From Oligoflexales bacterium (GTDB lineage Bacteria; Bdellovibrionota_B; Oligoflexia; Oligoflexales; Bog-1112), in contig JBGCDR010000074.1 of assembly GCA_045105515.1 (NCBI GenBank), positions 409-64,408 of the forward strand: a stretch of 64,000 nt of DNA, read 5' to 3'. This document shows, in pieces, positions 28,419 to 38,545 of this stretch. A program made the translations under genes and the position numbers. The notes beneath the pieces were generated by a model. It searched no databases. It was not told where the DNA came from and worked only from the letters and a program-made list of their open reading frames with translations. Position 1 is the first letter of the stretch; each line of letters begins with the position of its first letter.

Positions 28419-29378
28419 TTGCCTACTTTTGAACATAAGACTGTCCTTTTAAATGAGCTGGTGGATGCCCTGATACTTAAGGCTGGTGATACGGCTGTGG
28501 ATTGCACAGCAGGTGGGGGAGGACACACATCCTTATTGCTTGAACGAGTAAGACCAACTGGAAAGGTCTTTGCTTGTGACAGGGATTTAAGAGCAATAGA
28601 AAGCTTGCAAGAAAAGTTTTATAAACAAATCGTAAATAATCAATTAGGCTTAGTCCATTCTCCTTTTTCCGATTTTACTAAATATATTCCACAAGAAGTC
28701 TCCATTCATGGAATCTGTGCTGACCTAGGAGTATCTAGCCCCCAACTTGACGAATCTAATCGAGGTTTTTCGTTTATGCGCGATGGTCCTCTCGATATGC
28801 GGATGTCTCCGGAATCCCAAGATCCCTCTGCTGCAGAAGTTATCGCAAATTACAGCTCCCAAGACTTAGAAAAAATCATAAGATCCCTAGGAGAGGAACC
28901 AAAAGCAAGATTTGTAGCTAACGCCATTGTAAAACAACGCGAAAATAGTCCAATAACTACGACTATTGAACTAGCTAACCTTGTAGCCAAGGCAATCCAT
29001 TATAAGAAAAAAAGTAAGAAGCATCCTGCAACAAAAACTTTTCAAGCTCTAAGAATTTATGTCAACAAAGAACTTGAAGAGATAAGAATTCTACTTGAAC
29101 AAGCGTTTGCCTGCTTGTCACCTGGTGGGAGGTTAGCAATTATCAGCTTTCACTCTCTTGAAGATCGGATTGTCAAAGATTTTTTCAAAGAAAAATCAGG
29201 AAAAAAGCCAGGGCAATCACTCCCTCGCGACCTACCATTAACGGAATCTGAATTGAAATCTTTTCAAAACATTCAAGCTCGGATCATCAAGCCTTTTCCG
29301 ATTATTCCAAAAGAGGAAGAAATTAGTTCAAATCCAAGATCCAGGAGCGCGAAACTACGAGTATTAGAAAAATTGTGA
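28419..29378 (+). CDS. rsmH: 16S rRNA (cytosine1402-N4)-methyltransferase RsmH (MraW)
   Basis: TTG start with GAGGAG 8 nt upstream. Motifs H.TVLLNE, DCTAGGGGHT, DLGVSSPQLD, SFHSLEDRIVK and SNPRSRSAKLRV are present. Confidence 0.9.
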   Translation: MPTFEHKTVLLNELVDALILKAGDTAVDCTAGGGGHTSLLLERVRPTGKVFACDRDLRAIESLQEKFYKQIVNNQLGLVHSPFSDFTKYIPQEVSIHGICADLGVSSPQLDESNRGFSFMRDGPLDMRMSPESQDPSAAEVIANYSSQDLEKIIRSLGEEPKARFVANAIVKQRENSPITTTIELANLVAKAIHYKKKSKKHPATKTFQALRIYVNKELEEIRILLEQAFACLSPGGRLAIISFHSLEDRIVKDFFKEKSGKKPGQSLPRDLPLTESELKSFQNIQARIIKPFPIIPKEEEISSNPRSRSAKLRVLEKL

Positions 29379-29406
29379 AATAATAGGCTTCAGAAGGAGA
29401 AAACTT

Positions 29407-29691
29407 TTGAAGCGACCAAGTATACCTACTACACTTTTTCTTTATTTTTTTTTCGCTCTCATTCTTATTTTTTCATTCCTGCGCATTCATTCAAGGATTC
29501 AAATTACCTTACTAGGTTACGAGATTGGCAGGATGAAAGAACGTGAAGCAGACCTAATTAAAGTCCGTAGTTTATTGACGATGGAACTCGCAAAAATTAC
29601 TACCAAGGAGCATTTACAAGAAATTGTAGCCAACGATTTAAAGAAAAATGAAAAACAGCTAAATCAAAAATCTGCTTTCGCAAATAAGTGA
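29407..29691 (+). CDS. ftsL: FtsL-like small bitopic division protein
   Basis: 94 aa with a single N-terminal TM (TLFLYFFFALILIFSFL) and then a coiled-coil-like segment. It occupies the canonical slot between rsmH and ftsI. TTG start with AAGGAG 7 nt upstream. Confidence 0.6.
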   Translation: MKRPSIPTTLFLYFFFALILIFSFLRIHSRIQITLLGYEIGRMKEREADLIKVRSLLTMELAKITTKEHLQEIVANDLKKNEKQLNQKSAFANK

Positions 29692-29703
29692 TTATCAGTA
29701 AAA

Positions 29704-31431
29704 ATGATTAATAGAAAAACAATAAAGCTAAGATCCGATTATATTTCCAGCATATTTAAGATCCTATTTAGCCTTCTTATCCTCCGAGCAATCATGATCC
29801 AACTATTTCCCAGCTCAGCCAACCTGCTACAGCACATAGCAGATAAACAGTATCAATCTGCTATCGGTCTGTCGGCATTTAGAGGAAACATTTACGATCG
29901 TCGTAAAGCTCCTCTTTCAATAAGCATCAAAACCCCTTCTGTTGCGATTAACCCCAAAGTTTTTGACCCAAGCAATCAACAGTTGGGAAAACTCAGCCAA
30001 GTCTTGGGATTGTCGAAAAAAAAGATTAGAGCGCTTGCCAAAAAACCAAAATACTTTGCTTGGCTAAAACGCAAAATATCTTATCAAATAGCAGAAAAAC
30101 TAAAGAAATTGGAACTCAAAGGGATGCATTATGTCTTGGAGCCTTCACGTTATTATCCTGGTGGTAGGGGAGCTGCAAACCTATTGGGATATGTGGGAAT
30201 TGATAATGTGGGCCTCTTAGGCCTAGAACATGCTTTTGACCAGGAACTTCAAGGAACCTCCTCCAAACTAATCAGCTTAAAAGATGCTAGAGGTCATCTC
30301 ATTTTAATGAATGCTGAACAGATCACTCCTGAGAAAACAGGAAGTAACATCATTTTAACCTTAGATCGTGCCATTCAAGGAATTGCGGAAGAAGCCCTCC
30401 AAAGAGGTATCAAAAAGAGTGAGGCTAAGATCGGCTTTGCTATTGTGATGGACCCACATACTGGACGCATCTTAGCAATGGCAAACCACCCAAACTTCAA
30501 CCCAAACAATCCATCACACTTAAAAATGGCTCATACTGTCAACCATTCCATTGCTTATCGCTTTGAACCTGGCTCGGTCATGAAACCATTTGTTGTTGCA
30601 TGGGCAATTGAAAATCGAAAAACCAGCCCTTTCGAAATTCATCACTGTGAAAAAAATGGAAGGTATGAAGTCAGCGATAATTTATTCATTCATGACGACC
30701 ACCCCAAAGAATTTCGCACTACCGAAGAAATTCTCATTCACTCAAGTAATATTTGTACCTTTAAGGTGGCGTTGAGAATCGGGCAAAAAAACTTATTTGA
30801 ATCCCTAAAGAAATTTGGGTTTGCCAGTGATAAGCCAATAATAGGGCTTCCTGGTGAAACCACTGGATCAATTGCAGCTGCAGATACATGGAGCCCCATC
30901 AGGTTTGCTAATATATCATTTGGGCAAGGACTTCTCGTTACCGGTTTGGAAGTGATTCAAGCCTACGCCAGTATAGCTAATGGAGGAAATCTGATTAAAC
31001 CATACTTGGTAGAAAGGGTTGAGTCATCAAATGGCCATATCCTCCAAGACTTCAGCCCAATCATTGAACGCAGAGTTTTAAGCCCTCAAACTGCCCACCA
31101 TATTGCTAGAATCTTAGAAAAAGTGGTCTTAGAAGGAACTGCAACACGGGCAAGAACAAAATCTTACTCAACAGCAGGCAAAACAGGGACAGCTGAAAAA
31201 ATTGATCCTTTGACAAAATCCTACGCAAATAACAAAAGAATAGCCAATTTTGCAGGTTTTGCACCTGTTTCAGACCCACATATTGCAGTGTATGTTGTGT
31301 TGGACGAACCACAAAAAAAACCCTACTACGGAGGGCTTTGGGCGGCACCAGTATTCAGCGAAATTGTCGAAAAAACCCTTAAATATTTGAATGTCGCACC
31401 AGACCTAAATGCCACCCACCCACAGAGTTAG
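29704..31431 (+). CDS. ftsI: Peptidoglycan D,D-transpeptidase FtsI (PBP3)
   Basis: There is an N-terminal TM anchor and the transpeptidase motifs S-x-x-K (GSVMKP), SSN (HSSNI) and KTGT (AGKTGTAEK). Confidence 0.9.
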   Translation: MINRKTIKLRSDYISSIFKILFSLLILRAIMIQLFPSSANLLQHIADKQYQSAIGLSAFRGNIYDRRKAPLSISIKTPSVAINPKVFDPSNQQLGKLSQVLGLSKKKIRALAKKPKYFAWLKRKISYQIAEKLKKLELKGMHYVLEPSRYYPGGRGAANLLGYVGIDNVGLLGLEHAFDQELQGTSSKLISLKDARGHLILMNAEQITPEKTGSNIILTLDRAIQGIAEEALQRGIKKSEAKIGFAIVMDPHTGRILAMANHPNFNPNNPSHLKMAHTVNHSIAYRFEPGSVMKPFVVAWAIENRKTSPFEIHHCEKNGRYEVSDNLFIHDDHPKEFRTTEEILIHSSNICTFKVALRIGQKNLFESLKKFGFASDKPIIGLPGETTGSIAAADTWSPIRFANISFGQGLLVTGLEVIQAYASIANGGNLIKPYLVERVESSNGHILQDFSPIIERRVLSPQTAHHIARILEKVVLEGTATRARTKSYSTAGKTGTAEKIDPLTKSYANNKRIANFAGFAPVSDPHIAVYVVLDEPQKKPYYGGLWAAPVFSEIVEKTLKYLNVAPDLNATHPQS

Positions 31432-31883
31432 TTGCCAGTCCAAATCTGATCCCAGCCAGCTTCACTGTAACTAATTCCATGCAAACAGTTCATGATTCCT
31501 TCTCGAACATATGGAATGGTATTTTCTGGCAAGGCACCAATGGAAAAGTATTTTAGCTCAGAACATTTACCTGGTTCTCTATTTATAAATTTTTCTTGTA
31601 AGTCCTTACATAAAAAGAAAATATCGGCACTTTCTCGATCATCAGACTTACGATGAATAACTGAAGCCAGCTGCAAATCACGTGGATTTAGTTTTAATCC
31701 GGCTTCTTCATAGGCTTCCCTCATCATGGCCTGCATAAAGGTTTCTCCACCTTCTACGTGACCTGCAACCAAACCATACCAACCATCCGCAAATCCTGTA
31801 TTTTTCCTCAAAGATAGCAAGACCTTATTCTGGTCCATCAAAACTAGGTATACAGCTGGGATAACACTAAAACGCTTTTTCAC
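31428..31883 (-). CDS. Nudix hydrolase
   Basis: A complete Nudix box is present: GHVEGGETFMQAMMREAYEEAGL (G-x5-E-x7-REUxEExGU). Its stop overlaps the ftsI stop on the opposite strand (TTAG, 31428-31431). Confidence 0.85.
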   Translation of the reverse strand: MKKRFSVIPAVYLVLMDQNKVLLSLRKNTGFADGWYGLVAGHVEGGETFMQAMMREAYEEAGLKLNPRDLQLASVIHRKSDDRESADIFFLCKDLQEKFINREPGKCSELKYFSIGALPENTIPYVREGIMNCLHGISYSEAGWDQIWTGN

Positions 31884-31942
31884 ACGCCCCCTCTCTTCGA
31901 TAAGCTAGGAGTTTACTAGAAAATGGAGAAAGCAAAACCATA

Positions 31943-31964
31943 CAAGCCCAAGCCCAAGCCCAAG
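31943..31964. repeat. Hexanucleotide microsatellite (CAAGCC) x 3.7
   Basis: The read is caagcc caagcc caagcc caag. It lies in the divergent Nudix / murE spacer, about 60-80 nt upstream of the Nudix ATG. Confidence 0.8.
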
Positions 31965-32025
31965 AGCTTGATTGCCGATTTGCAAGTTCGCCGTCGATCA
32001 CATATCTTATAGATTTCTCGTTCAG

Positions 32026-33618
32026 ATGAACAACCTTGACTCCCAAAAATATTCTATTCTATTGAGAAATAGCTTCATGACCTACTTTGAAAAAGATCTC
32101 ATTCTTAACCTAAAACTTGCATATGAGCATTTAAAACAACAGGATTGTGTAAATGCCCAAGGTCTATTTCCATGGGAGAGTGGCCTGCAAGGTAAGGGTA
32201 GAATTATAAGTGATTCCAGACAAATAAAAGCCGGAGACATTTTTATTGCCTATGAAGGGCTTAGAACAGATTCTCATGAATACATCCCCGAAGTACTCAA
32301 CAAAAAACCAGGATTGATCATAGCTGAAAAACCATCTTCTTTAGAGGAAGAAAGCCAAAAAGCTCCTATTCTATTGGTTAATAATTCAAGAAAAGCGTGG
32401 TCTTACCTTTGTGCCTTAGCATGTGGAAACCCACAAAATGAATTAACAAACATAGCAATTACAGGAACCAATGGAAAAACCAGCAGCCTTTGGATGCTGA
32501 AATCTCTTTTTGAATCCCATAATATTCCCTATGCTACCATTGGGACACTCGGTATTTACCTCAATGGGGATCAGTTTAGGACCTCCCACACAACTCCTGA
32601 TCCCCCTATTCTCTACTTAAGCCTAAAGTTAGCCTTGGAAAAAGGCGTCAAGATTCTTGCGATGGAGGCCTCATCTCATGCCATTGCTCAAGAAAAATTA
32701 GCCCCCATCCGTTTCAATTGTATTGCATGGACGAGTTTTTCTCAGGACCATCTTGATTTTCATAAAACTATGGATGCGTATTGGAAAGTAAAATGGAGCC
32801 TGTTTCTTAAATCTCTAGCACCAGGAGGAAGGGCGATCATCAATACAAGCATAAGTCCTATTCCTCCTTACGAAAAACTTGCATGCCAAGACATCGTCAC
32901 CTATGGACTGGGCAAGAGCACATTGAAACCTCTGATGGCCGTGTCTCAGATTGCAACAGGGAATGGGGGATCTGATGTCTATTTGAGCTATAAAGGAAGT
33001 GAGTTTCACTACCAGATCCCTTATTGGGGAAGCCATAATGTAGAAAATTTCCTCTGCGCACTCGGGGTTTATGAGAAAGCTGTTGGGAAAATGCCATCGC
33101 CACGCAAAACCATTGATTTGAGTGGAGTTCCTGGACGCCTGCAAAAAGTACCATCGAAAAAATTGAATGCTCCTTGCGTTCTGATTGATTACGCCCATAC
33201 TCCAGACGCCCTTGAAAAGACTATTGAAACCATCAAACCCTACTGCAGTGGAATGGTGTATGTCGTATTCGGTTGCGGAGGGGAGAGAGATCGAAATAAA
33301 CGCAAAAAAATGGGGCTGATTGCAGAAACACTCGCCGACAAGGTTGTACTCACTTCTGATAACCCTAGAAACGAGCCTGCAGAAAAAATTTTAAAAGATA
33401 TTCAGAGGGGATTTTTAAAGAGCCAACCTGTTATGATAGAAGATAGAAAGTCTGCAATAGCATGGTCCATTGAATACGCGAAAAAAGATGATTTTATTCT
33501 AGTAGCTGGAAAAGGCCATGAAAACTATCAGATCATTGGATCAAAGGTGTTTGAATTTGATGATTTTCAGGTGGCAAAAGCTATTTTAGACTCCGAAGAA
33601 GAGGAGAATATACCGTGA
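32026..33618 (+). CDS. murE: UDP-N-acetylmuramoyl-tripeptide synthetase MurE
   Basis: Motifs SDSRQIKAGDIFIA, ITGTNGKTS and TSDNPRNE are present. The start is uncertain (TTG 31972, ATG 32026 or ATG 32077) and none has a convincing SD. Confidence 0.88.
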   Translation: MNNLDSQKYSILLRNSFMTYFEKDLILNLKLAYEHLKQQDCVNAQGLFPWESGLQGKGRIISDSRQIKAGDIFIAYEGLRTDSHEYIPEVLNKKPGLIIAEKPSSLEEESQKAPILLVNNSRKAWSYLCALACGNPQNELTNIAITGTNGKTSSLWMLKSLFESHNIPYATIGTLGIYLNGDQFRTSHTTPDPPILYLSLKLALEKGVKILAMEASSHAIAQEKLAPIRFNCIAWTSFSQDHLDFHKTMDAYWKVKWSLFLKSLAPGGRAIINTSISPIPPYEKLACQDIVTYGLGKSTLKPLMAVSQIATGNGGSDVYLSYKGSEFHYQIPYWGSHNVENFLCALGVYEKAVGKMPSPRKTIDLSGVPGRLQKVPSKKLNAPCVLIDYAHTPDALEKTIETIKPYCSGMVYVVFGCGGERDRNKRKKMGLIAETLADKVVLTSDNPRNEPAEKILKDIQRGFLKSQPVMIEDRKSAIAWSIEYAKKDDFILVAGKGHENYQIIGSKVFEFDDFQVAKAILDSEEEENIP

Positions 33619-35015
33619 AATTAACTTGGAATGACTATTCACATTGCTTCGAATCAGATGCCACCGCGCTCATTGGCCGCAACGTAAAAGCGCCTAGCAT
33701 CGAGCACTGGAACACTGACTCGCGGAAAATCCAATCTGGTGATTGGTTCATTCCTTTGGTCGGAGAGAACTTTAATGGCCACCAATTTATAGAAGCTGCT
33801 CTAAGGCAAGGTGCTAAAGGCTATATCTATGAAGAACGATACACCCAACATTTGAGCTCTTCACACAAAGAAAAAGGGATTTTAGTCCAAGACACCTTGC
33901 TAGCATTTCAAAACCTTGCAAGGCTTTGGCGCTTAAAACATAAAAATTTAACTTTGTTCGCTCTAACCGGTTCAGTAGGAAAAACGACTACGAAAGAAAT
34001 GTTAGCGACCATTCTTGCTTCAATAGAGCCAAAGACTTTATCGACTGCAGGTAATTTTAACAATGAGGTTGGTGTACCTATTACCTTGCAGAGAATCAAG
34101 GAGGACCATAAATTTGCTGTAGTGGAAATGGGAGCACGTAGACCGCTCGACATTGGCAAGCTAGTGGATATTGCCAAGCCCAATATAGCAGCCTGCCTTA
34201 ATGCCAAGACTGCTCATATCGAGATTTTTAAATCTAAAGATGCCATATTAAAAACGAAGCTCGAAATATTTAACTCTACCTCAGAGCTGAAGCACATAGT
34301 TTTTAGCCACGATGACGAGAGGATTCGTACCAATTGTGAATATTTAGAGGTGCCTAAAACCAGCTTTGGATATCAAACTGGGGCAGACATGCTTATTAAA
34401 AATCAAGATTGGCATCATGATGGCAGCCTTGCCACCATGATCTGCTTCCAAGGTAAGGAATTTCAATTGAGATTTTCCCAAGGGCACTCAGCATACCCGA
34501 TCAATGCAGCAGCTGCGCTCGCTATGGGTGCTGCTGCTGGCTTAAATATTGAGACCATGATTGAAGCGCTCACTAGTTTTACAGGGCTTGAAGGTCGATT
34601 TAATATCTTCAAAAAAGATGAATTGACCATCATTGACGACTGTTACAATGCCAATCCAGATAGCATGAAAGAAGGTATCAATACCTTAGTCCAACGTTAC
34701 CCACAACAAGCTAAAGTTGTCATTCTAGGAGACATGCTTGAGCTTGGTCAGAATGCAAATATCGAGCACAGCCAATTGGGTTCGTATTGCAAAGCCCAAG
34801 TAAATCCTCTTTTCTTAATTGGGATTGGTGAACACTCAAAGCTTATTGTCGACAAAGCCATTTCAGAAGGTCTGCCTAAGCATCAAACTCTAAGTTATGG
34901 TGATGTCGAGGACTTTCTCAACGCTAACGTTGATTTAGGTGCGAAAGGACAAGTAGTCTTTATTAAAGGGTCAAATGGAGTCCATTTAGACCGTATAGTC
35001 GAACATTACTGCTAA
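33615..35015 (+). CDS. murF: UDP-N-acetylmuramoyl-tripeptide--D-alanyl-D-alanine ligase MurF
   Basis: GTG start overlapping the murE stop. Motifs TDSRKIQSGDWFIPL, LTGSVGKTTTKEM and DCYNANPDSM are present. Confidence 0.9.
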   Translation: MKLTWNDYSHCFESDATALIGRNVKAPSIEHWNTDSRKIQSGDWFIPLVGENFNGHQFIEAALRQGAKGYIYEERYTQHLSSSHKEKGILVQDTLLAFQNLARLWRLKHKNLTLFALTGSVGKTTTKEMLATILASIEPKTLSTAGNFNNEVGVPITLQRIKEDHKFAVVEMGARRPLDIGKLVDIAKPNIAACLNAKTAHIEIFKSKDAILKTKLEIFNSTSELKHIVFSHDDERIRTNCEYLEVPKTSFGYQTGADMLIKNQDWHHDGSLATMICFQGKEFQLRFSQGHSAYPINAAAALAMGAAAGLNIETMIEALTSFTGLEGRFNIFKKDELTIIDDCYNANPDSMKEGINTLVQRYPQQAKVVILGDMLELGQNANIEHSQLGSYCKAQVNPLFLIGIGEHSKLIVDKAISEGLPKHQTLSYGDVEDFLNANVDLGAKGQVVFIKGSNGVHLDRIVEHYC

Positions 35016-35033
35016 CCAACTGCGAGTAAAACT

Positions 35034-36110
35034 TTGATTTATCATTTTCTATATCAATTTGTGGATGATTGGGGCGCATTAAATGTAACCCGTTACATCA
35101 CTTTCAGATCGATAGTTTCTTTATTGTCAGCCCTAATTATTAGCTTTATTTTTTCTCCATGGTTTATTCGTAAGCTCAAGGTAAAACAGATTGGCCAAGT
35201 AGTAAGAGACGATGGACCATCTAGTCACTTCTCCAAGGCCGGTACTCCAACAATGGGTGGAGGACTTATAATTCTTGCGGTGACTATTCCCTGCTTATTG
35301 TGGATGGATTGGCTCAATCACTATTTGTGGTTATCTCTTACGATATTTGCCGGTTATGGCTTGTTAGGGTTCTGGGATGACTACAGTAAAATTAGCAAAA
35401 AAAATACAAAAGGTGTTTCAGGACGAGGTAAGCTCGCCTGGCAAATTGGAATTGCTACATTTGCATGCACTTTTCATTATTTCTACGGCAATGAATCTGG
35501 TGTAGTCAACTTCCCATTTTTCAAAGATACCAATTTGCCATTAGGCCATCTCTATATTCCTTTTGGAGTTTTCATCATTGTTGGAGCAAGTAATGCTGTC
35601 AATCTTACTGATGGGCTCGATGGGCTTGCAATTGGCCCAGTGATGATTTCTGCAGCCTGTTTTGCTGTTTTAGCATATGTATCTGGAAACTATTTTATGG
35701 CCGAATATCTGCACTTTCCCTTCGTCAAAGGAAGTGGCGAACTTACAATTTTTGCTGCAAGTATTGTTGGGGCTGGCATGGGTTTTCTATGGTACAACAC
35801 CTATCCAGCCCAGGTCTTTATGGGAGATGTCGGTTCGCTCCCTCTCGGAGGTGCTTTGGGAGCTCTTGCCGTATTTTCAAAGCACGAACTTCTTTTAGCA
35901 ATCATTGGCGGTGTGTTTGTTCTAGAGGCCATATCCGTAATCACTCAAGTAGGCTCCTATAAGCTAACAGGAAAACGAATTTTCCGCATGGCCCCTATCC
36001 ATCATCACTTTGAACTAAAAGGATGGCCAGAGCCTAAGGTGATCGTACGCTTTTGGATCATTTCAATTGTTCTTGCCATGGTTGGCCTTCTTAGCCTCAA
36101 AATTCGATAG
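35034..36110 (+). CDS. mraY: Phospho-N-acetylmuramoyl-pentapeptide transferase MraY
   Basis: Motifs GQVVRDDGPSSHFSKAGTPTMGG, DDYSKI, NAVNLTDGLDGLA and APIHHHFELKGW are present. Confidence 0.95.
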   Translation: MIYHFLYQFVDDWGALNVTRYITFRSIVSLLSALIISFIFSPWFIRKLKVKQIGQVVRDDGPSSHFSKAGTPTMGGGLIILAVTIPCLLWMDWLNHYLWLSLTIFAGYGLLGFWDDYSKISKKNTKGVSGRGKLAWQIGIATFACTFHYFYGNESGVVNFPFFKDTNLPLGHLYIPFGVFIIVGASNAVNLTDGLDGLAIGPVMISAACFAVLAYVSGNYFMAEYLHFPFVKGSGELTIFAASIVGAGMGFLWYNTYPAQVFMGDVGSLPLGGALGALAVFSKHELLLAIIGGVFVLEAISVITQVGSYKLTGKRIFRMAPIHHHFELKGWPEPKVIVRFWIISIVLAMVGLLSLKIR

Positions 36111-36125
36111 CTTCACGGGGTTTTT

Positions 36126-37412
36126 ATGACATGGATGGTTTTAGGGGCTGGCCGCTCTGGCATAGCAGCTGCTAAATTGCTTGCAGCCAAAAAGCACAAG
36201 GTTGTATTGACGGACCAGAGGATAATACCAAGCTCTACAAAAAAAGATCTAATTGATTTGGGTATAGATCTTAGGGATCAAGATGAGGGAAACTCATTAT
36301 GCAGCACTATTACCTCCGGAATAGTGCTTAGCCCAGGAATAACTCAAACACACCCTTATATTAAGAAAGCGAAGCAACAAGGCCTCCCAACTGTAAGTGA
36401 AGTGGAATTAGCCTTATCTTACTATAAAGGGATAGTAATCAGTGTTACTGGAACAAATGGTAAGTCGACGACCGTATCAATGGCATACCATCTGCTTAGG
36501 CAAATGGGCTATAATGCAGCTCTAGCTGGAAATATTGGGACACCCCCTTCAGAAATTATTCGTGATAAGCCTCATCCCAAAATCATGATATTAGAGCTTT
36601 CTTCGTATCAACTAGAGCAATCCAGTGAGATTCGATCGCAGGTTGCTGCAATCCTTAATTTGATCCCCGATCATCTAGCACGTCATGGATCTCTAGAACA
36701 ATATTTGTTGGAGAAATGGAAGTTAGTTCTGATGTGTCCAAAAGATTCTCATGCCTTAGTAGACTCCCAAGTCTTTAGCATGGCTTCGCAACTTAGACAG
36801 CCACAATGTCATTTGCAGGTTATCGACCCTAATTTGGCAATCGCTCAAGTGGACCCTAACGAATCAGGGCAGCATGAATGGCATAACCGACTCAATGGAT
36901 TCTATGCTGCATCATTAGTTGCACAGCTAATTGAAACCTCTGTATCTCGAGTAATTCCATATCTTGCTTCTTACAGAGGGCTCTCCCATCGATTTGAAAA
37001 AATTGGTACAATTAATGGTGCCACAGTCATAAATGACAGCAAGGCCACAAATGTTGACTCTACTTTAGTTGCTCTATCAAACCTACATAAAGCAACAGTT
37101 CTGCTCATTGGAGGGCAGGGTAAGGGAGAGAGTTTTACAGCTGTTAAAAAGTATCGCAGTCTAATCCAGAGTTTAATCGTATTTGGGCAGGAGGCTCCAA
37201 AGATCGTTGAGGAATTGAAGGAGATGAACCCTATTGTGTACCCAAGCCTTAAGACTACCATGGATGCCTTACCCGGGATTTTATCGCTGAGCGTAAGCAA
37301 TCCTGATTTACTTTTTTCACCTGCATGCGCGAGCTTTGATGAGTTCAAAAATTTTGAAGAACGTGGAGAATACTTCAAAAGTAAAATAAAATCTCTACTA
37401 GATATCCAATAG
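36126..37412 (+). CDS. murD: UDP-N-acetylmuramoylalanine--D-glutamate ligase MurD
   Basis: Rossmann N-terminus VLGAGRSGIAAAKLL, the motif VTGTNGKSTT, the block NDSKATNVDS, and the canonical position after mraY. Confidence 0.9.
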   Translation: MTWMVLGAGRSGIAAAKLLAAKKHKVVLTDQRIIPSSTKKDLIDLGIDLRDQDEGNSLCSTITSGIVLSPGITQTHPYIKKAKQQGLPTVSEVELALSYYKGIVISVTGTNGKSTTVSMAYHLLRQMGYNAALAGNIGTPPSEIIRDKPHPKIMILELSSYQLEQSSEIRSQVAAILNLIPDHLARHGSLEQYLLEKWKLVLMCPKDSHALVDSQVFSMASQLRQPQCHLQVIDPNLAIAQVDPNESGQHEWHNRLNGFYAASLVAQLIETSVSRVIPYLASYRGLSHRFEKIGTINGATVINDSKATNVDSTLVALSNLHKATVLLIGGQGKGESFTAVKKYRSLIQSLIVFGQEAPKIVEELKEMNPIVYPSLKTTMDALPGILSLSVSNPDLLFSPACASFDEFKNFEERGEYFKSKIKSLLDIQ

Positions 37413-37414
37413 CT

Positions 37415-38545
37415 ATGGAACGTACACCAAAAGCAAATCACCACCGTTACCTATTAGCTACAACTGCTATTTTAATAGCAATTGGTTTGCTATCTCTCTA
37501 TGCAGCTTCAGCTATGAAGGGTGCTGAACTCTACGAGAATTCTTTTTATTTTATGGAAAAACAACTTTTTGCAATCGGTATCGGTATCGGACTTATCCTT
37601 TGGTTCAAGTTTATTTCCTTCAAATTTATCGAACATTTAGCCCTTCCCCTCCTAGTTATGAGTATACTGCTGCTAAGCCTTATCCTAATCCCTGGGGTGT
37701 ATAAATCTGTAGGAGGTGCGGCAAGGTGGATAAATTTGGGATTTGCAAGTTTTCAACCATCAGAATTAGCCAAGTTCGGACTTATTTTCTTTTTAGCAAA
37801 GAACCTTAGCAGAGAAAAAAATGATGTCACAAACTTCAGACGGGGAATCTTACCAAATTTACTTGTCCTCATGCTTTTTGTGATTTTTCTCATGCTGCAA
37901 CCAGATTTTGGAACTACGGTTTTACTGGTTTCTATCACATTTTTAATGATTTACATTTGTGGAGCAAGCTATCATTTCATCATTGCTTCAGCTATATCAA
38001 CAATAAGTCTTGGAATTCTTGGCATCATGTCAGCACCATATCGTTGGAAGCGCCTTACTAGCTTTATAGACCCTTGGAATGACTTCAAAGAAGGGGGATT
38101 TCAAATCATCCAAAGCTACCTTGGTTTCCAAAATGGCGGAGCTCTGGGAGCTGGTTTAGGAGAATCTAGACAGAAGTTGTTTTTTTTACCTGAGGCACAT
38201 ACCGACTTTATATTATCGGTAATTGGTGAAGAAATGGGTCTTTTAGGTTCCCTATTAATTTGTACTCTTTATTGGAATATGATTCGTATCGGATTTAGGA
38301 TTGCTAGTATTCATACAGACCACTTTAAAAAATTGCTTGCATTCGGTTTAACCTCCCTGATAGCACTTCAATCTGTTTTCAATATTGGTGTGGTGACTGG
38401 AATACTACCAACAAAAGGAATTCCGCTACCCTTTATTAGCAGTGGGTTGAGCTCCCTTCTTATTTTCTTTACCGTGATTGCGGTACTAGCACGTCTCGGA
38501 CAGGAGGTCCCAAACATTGATGCAAGAAAGCAACAAACCGGCTAA
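37415..38545 (+). CDS. ftsW: SEDS-family peptidoglycan polymerase FtsW
   Basis: About 10 TM helices with SEDS blocks FQPSELAKF, QPDFGT and LPEAHTDFILSVIGEEMG. It occupies the canonical slot after murD. Confidence 0.9.
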   Translation: MERTPKANHHRYLLATTAILIAIGLLSLYAASAMKGAELYENSFYFMEKQLFAIGIGIGLILWFKFISFKFIEHLALPLLVMSILLLSLILIPGVYKSVGGAARWINLGFASFQPSELAKFGLIFFLAKNLSREKNDVTNFRRGILPNLLVLMLFVIFLMLQPDFGTTVLLVSITFLMIYICGASYHFIIASAISTISLGILGIMSAPYRWKRLTSFIDPWNDFKEGGFQIIQSYLGFQNGGALGAGLGESRQKLFFLPEAHTDFILSVIGEEMGLLGSLLICTLYWNMIRIGFRIASIHTDHFKKLLAFGLTSLIALQSVFNIGVVTGILPTKGIPLPFISSGLSSLLIFFTVIAVLARLGQEVPNIDARKQQTG

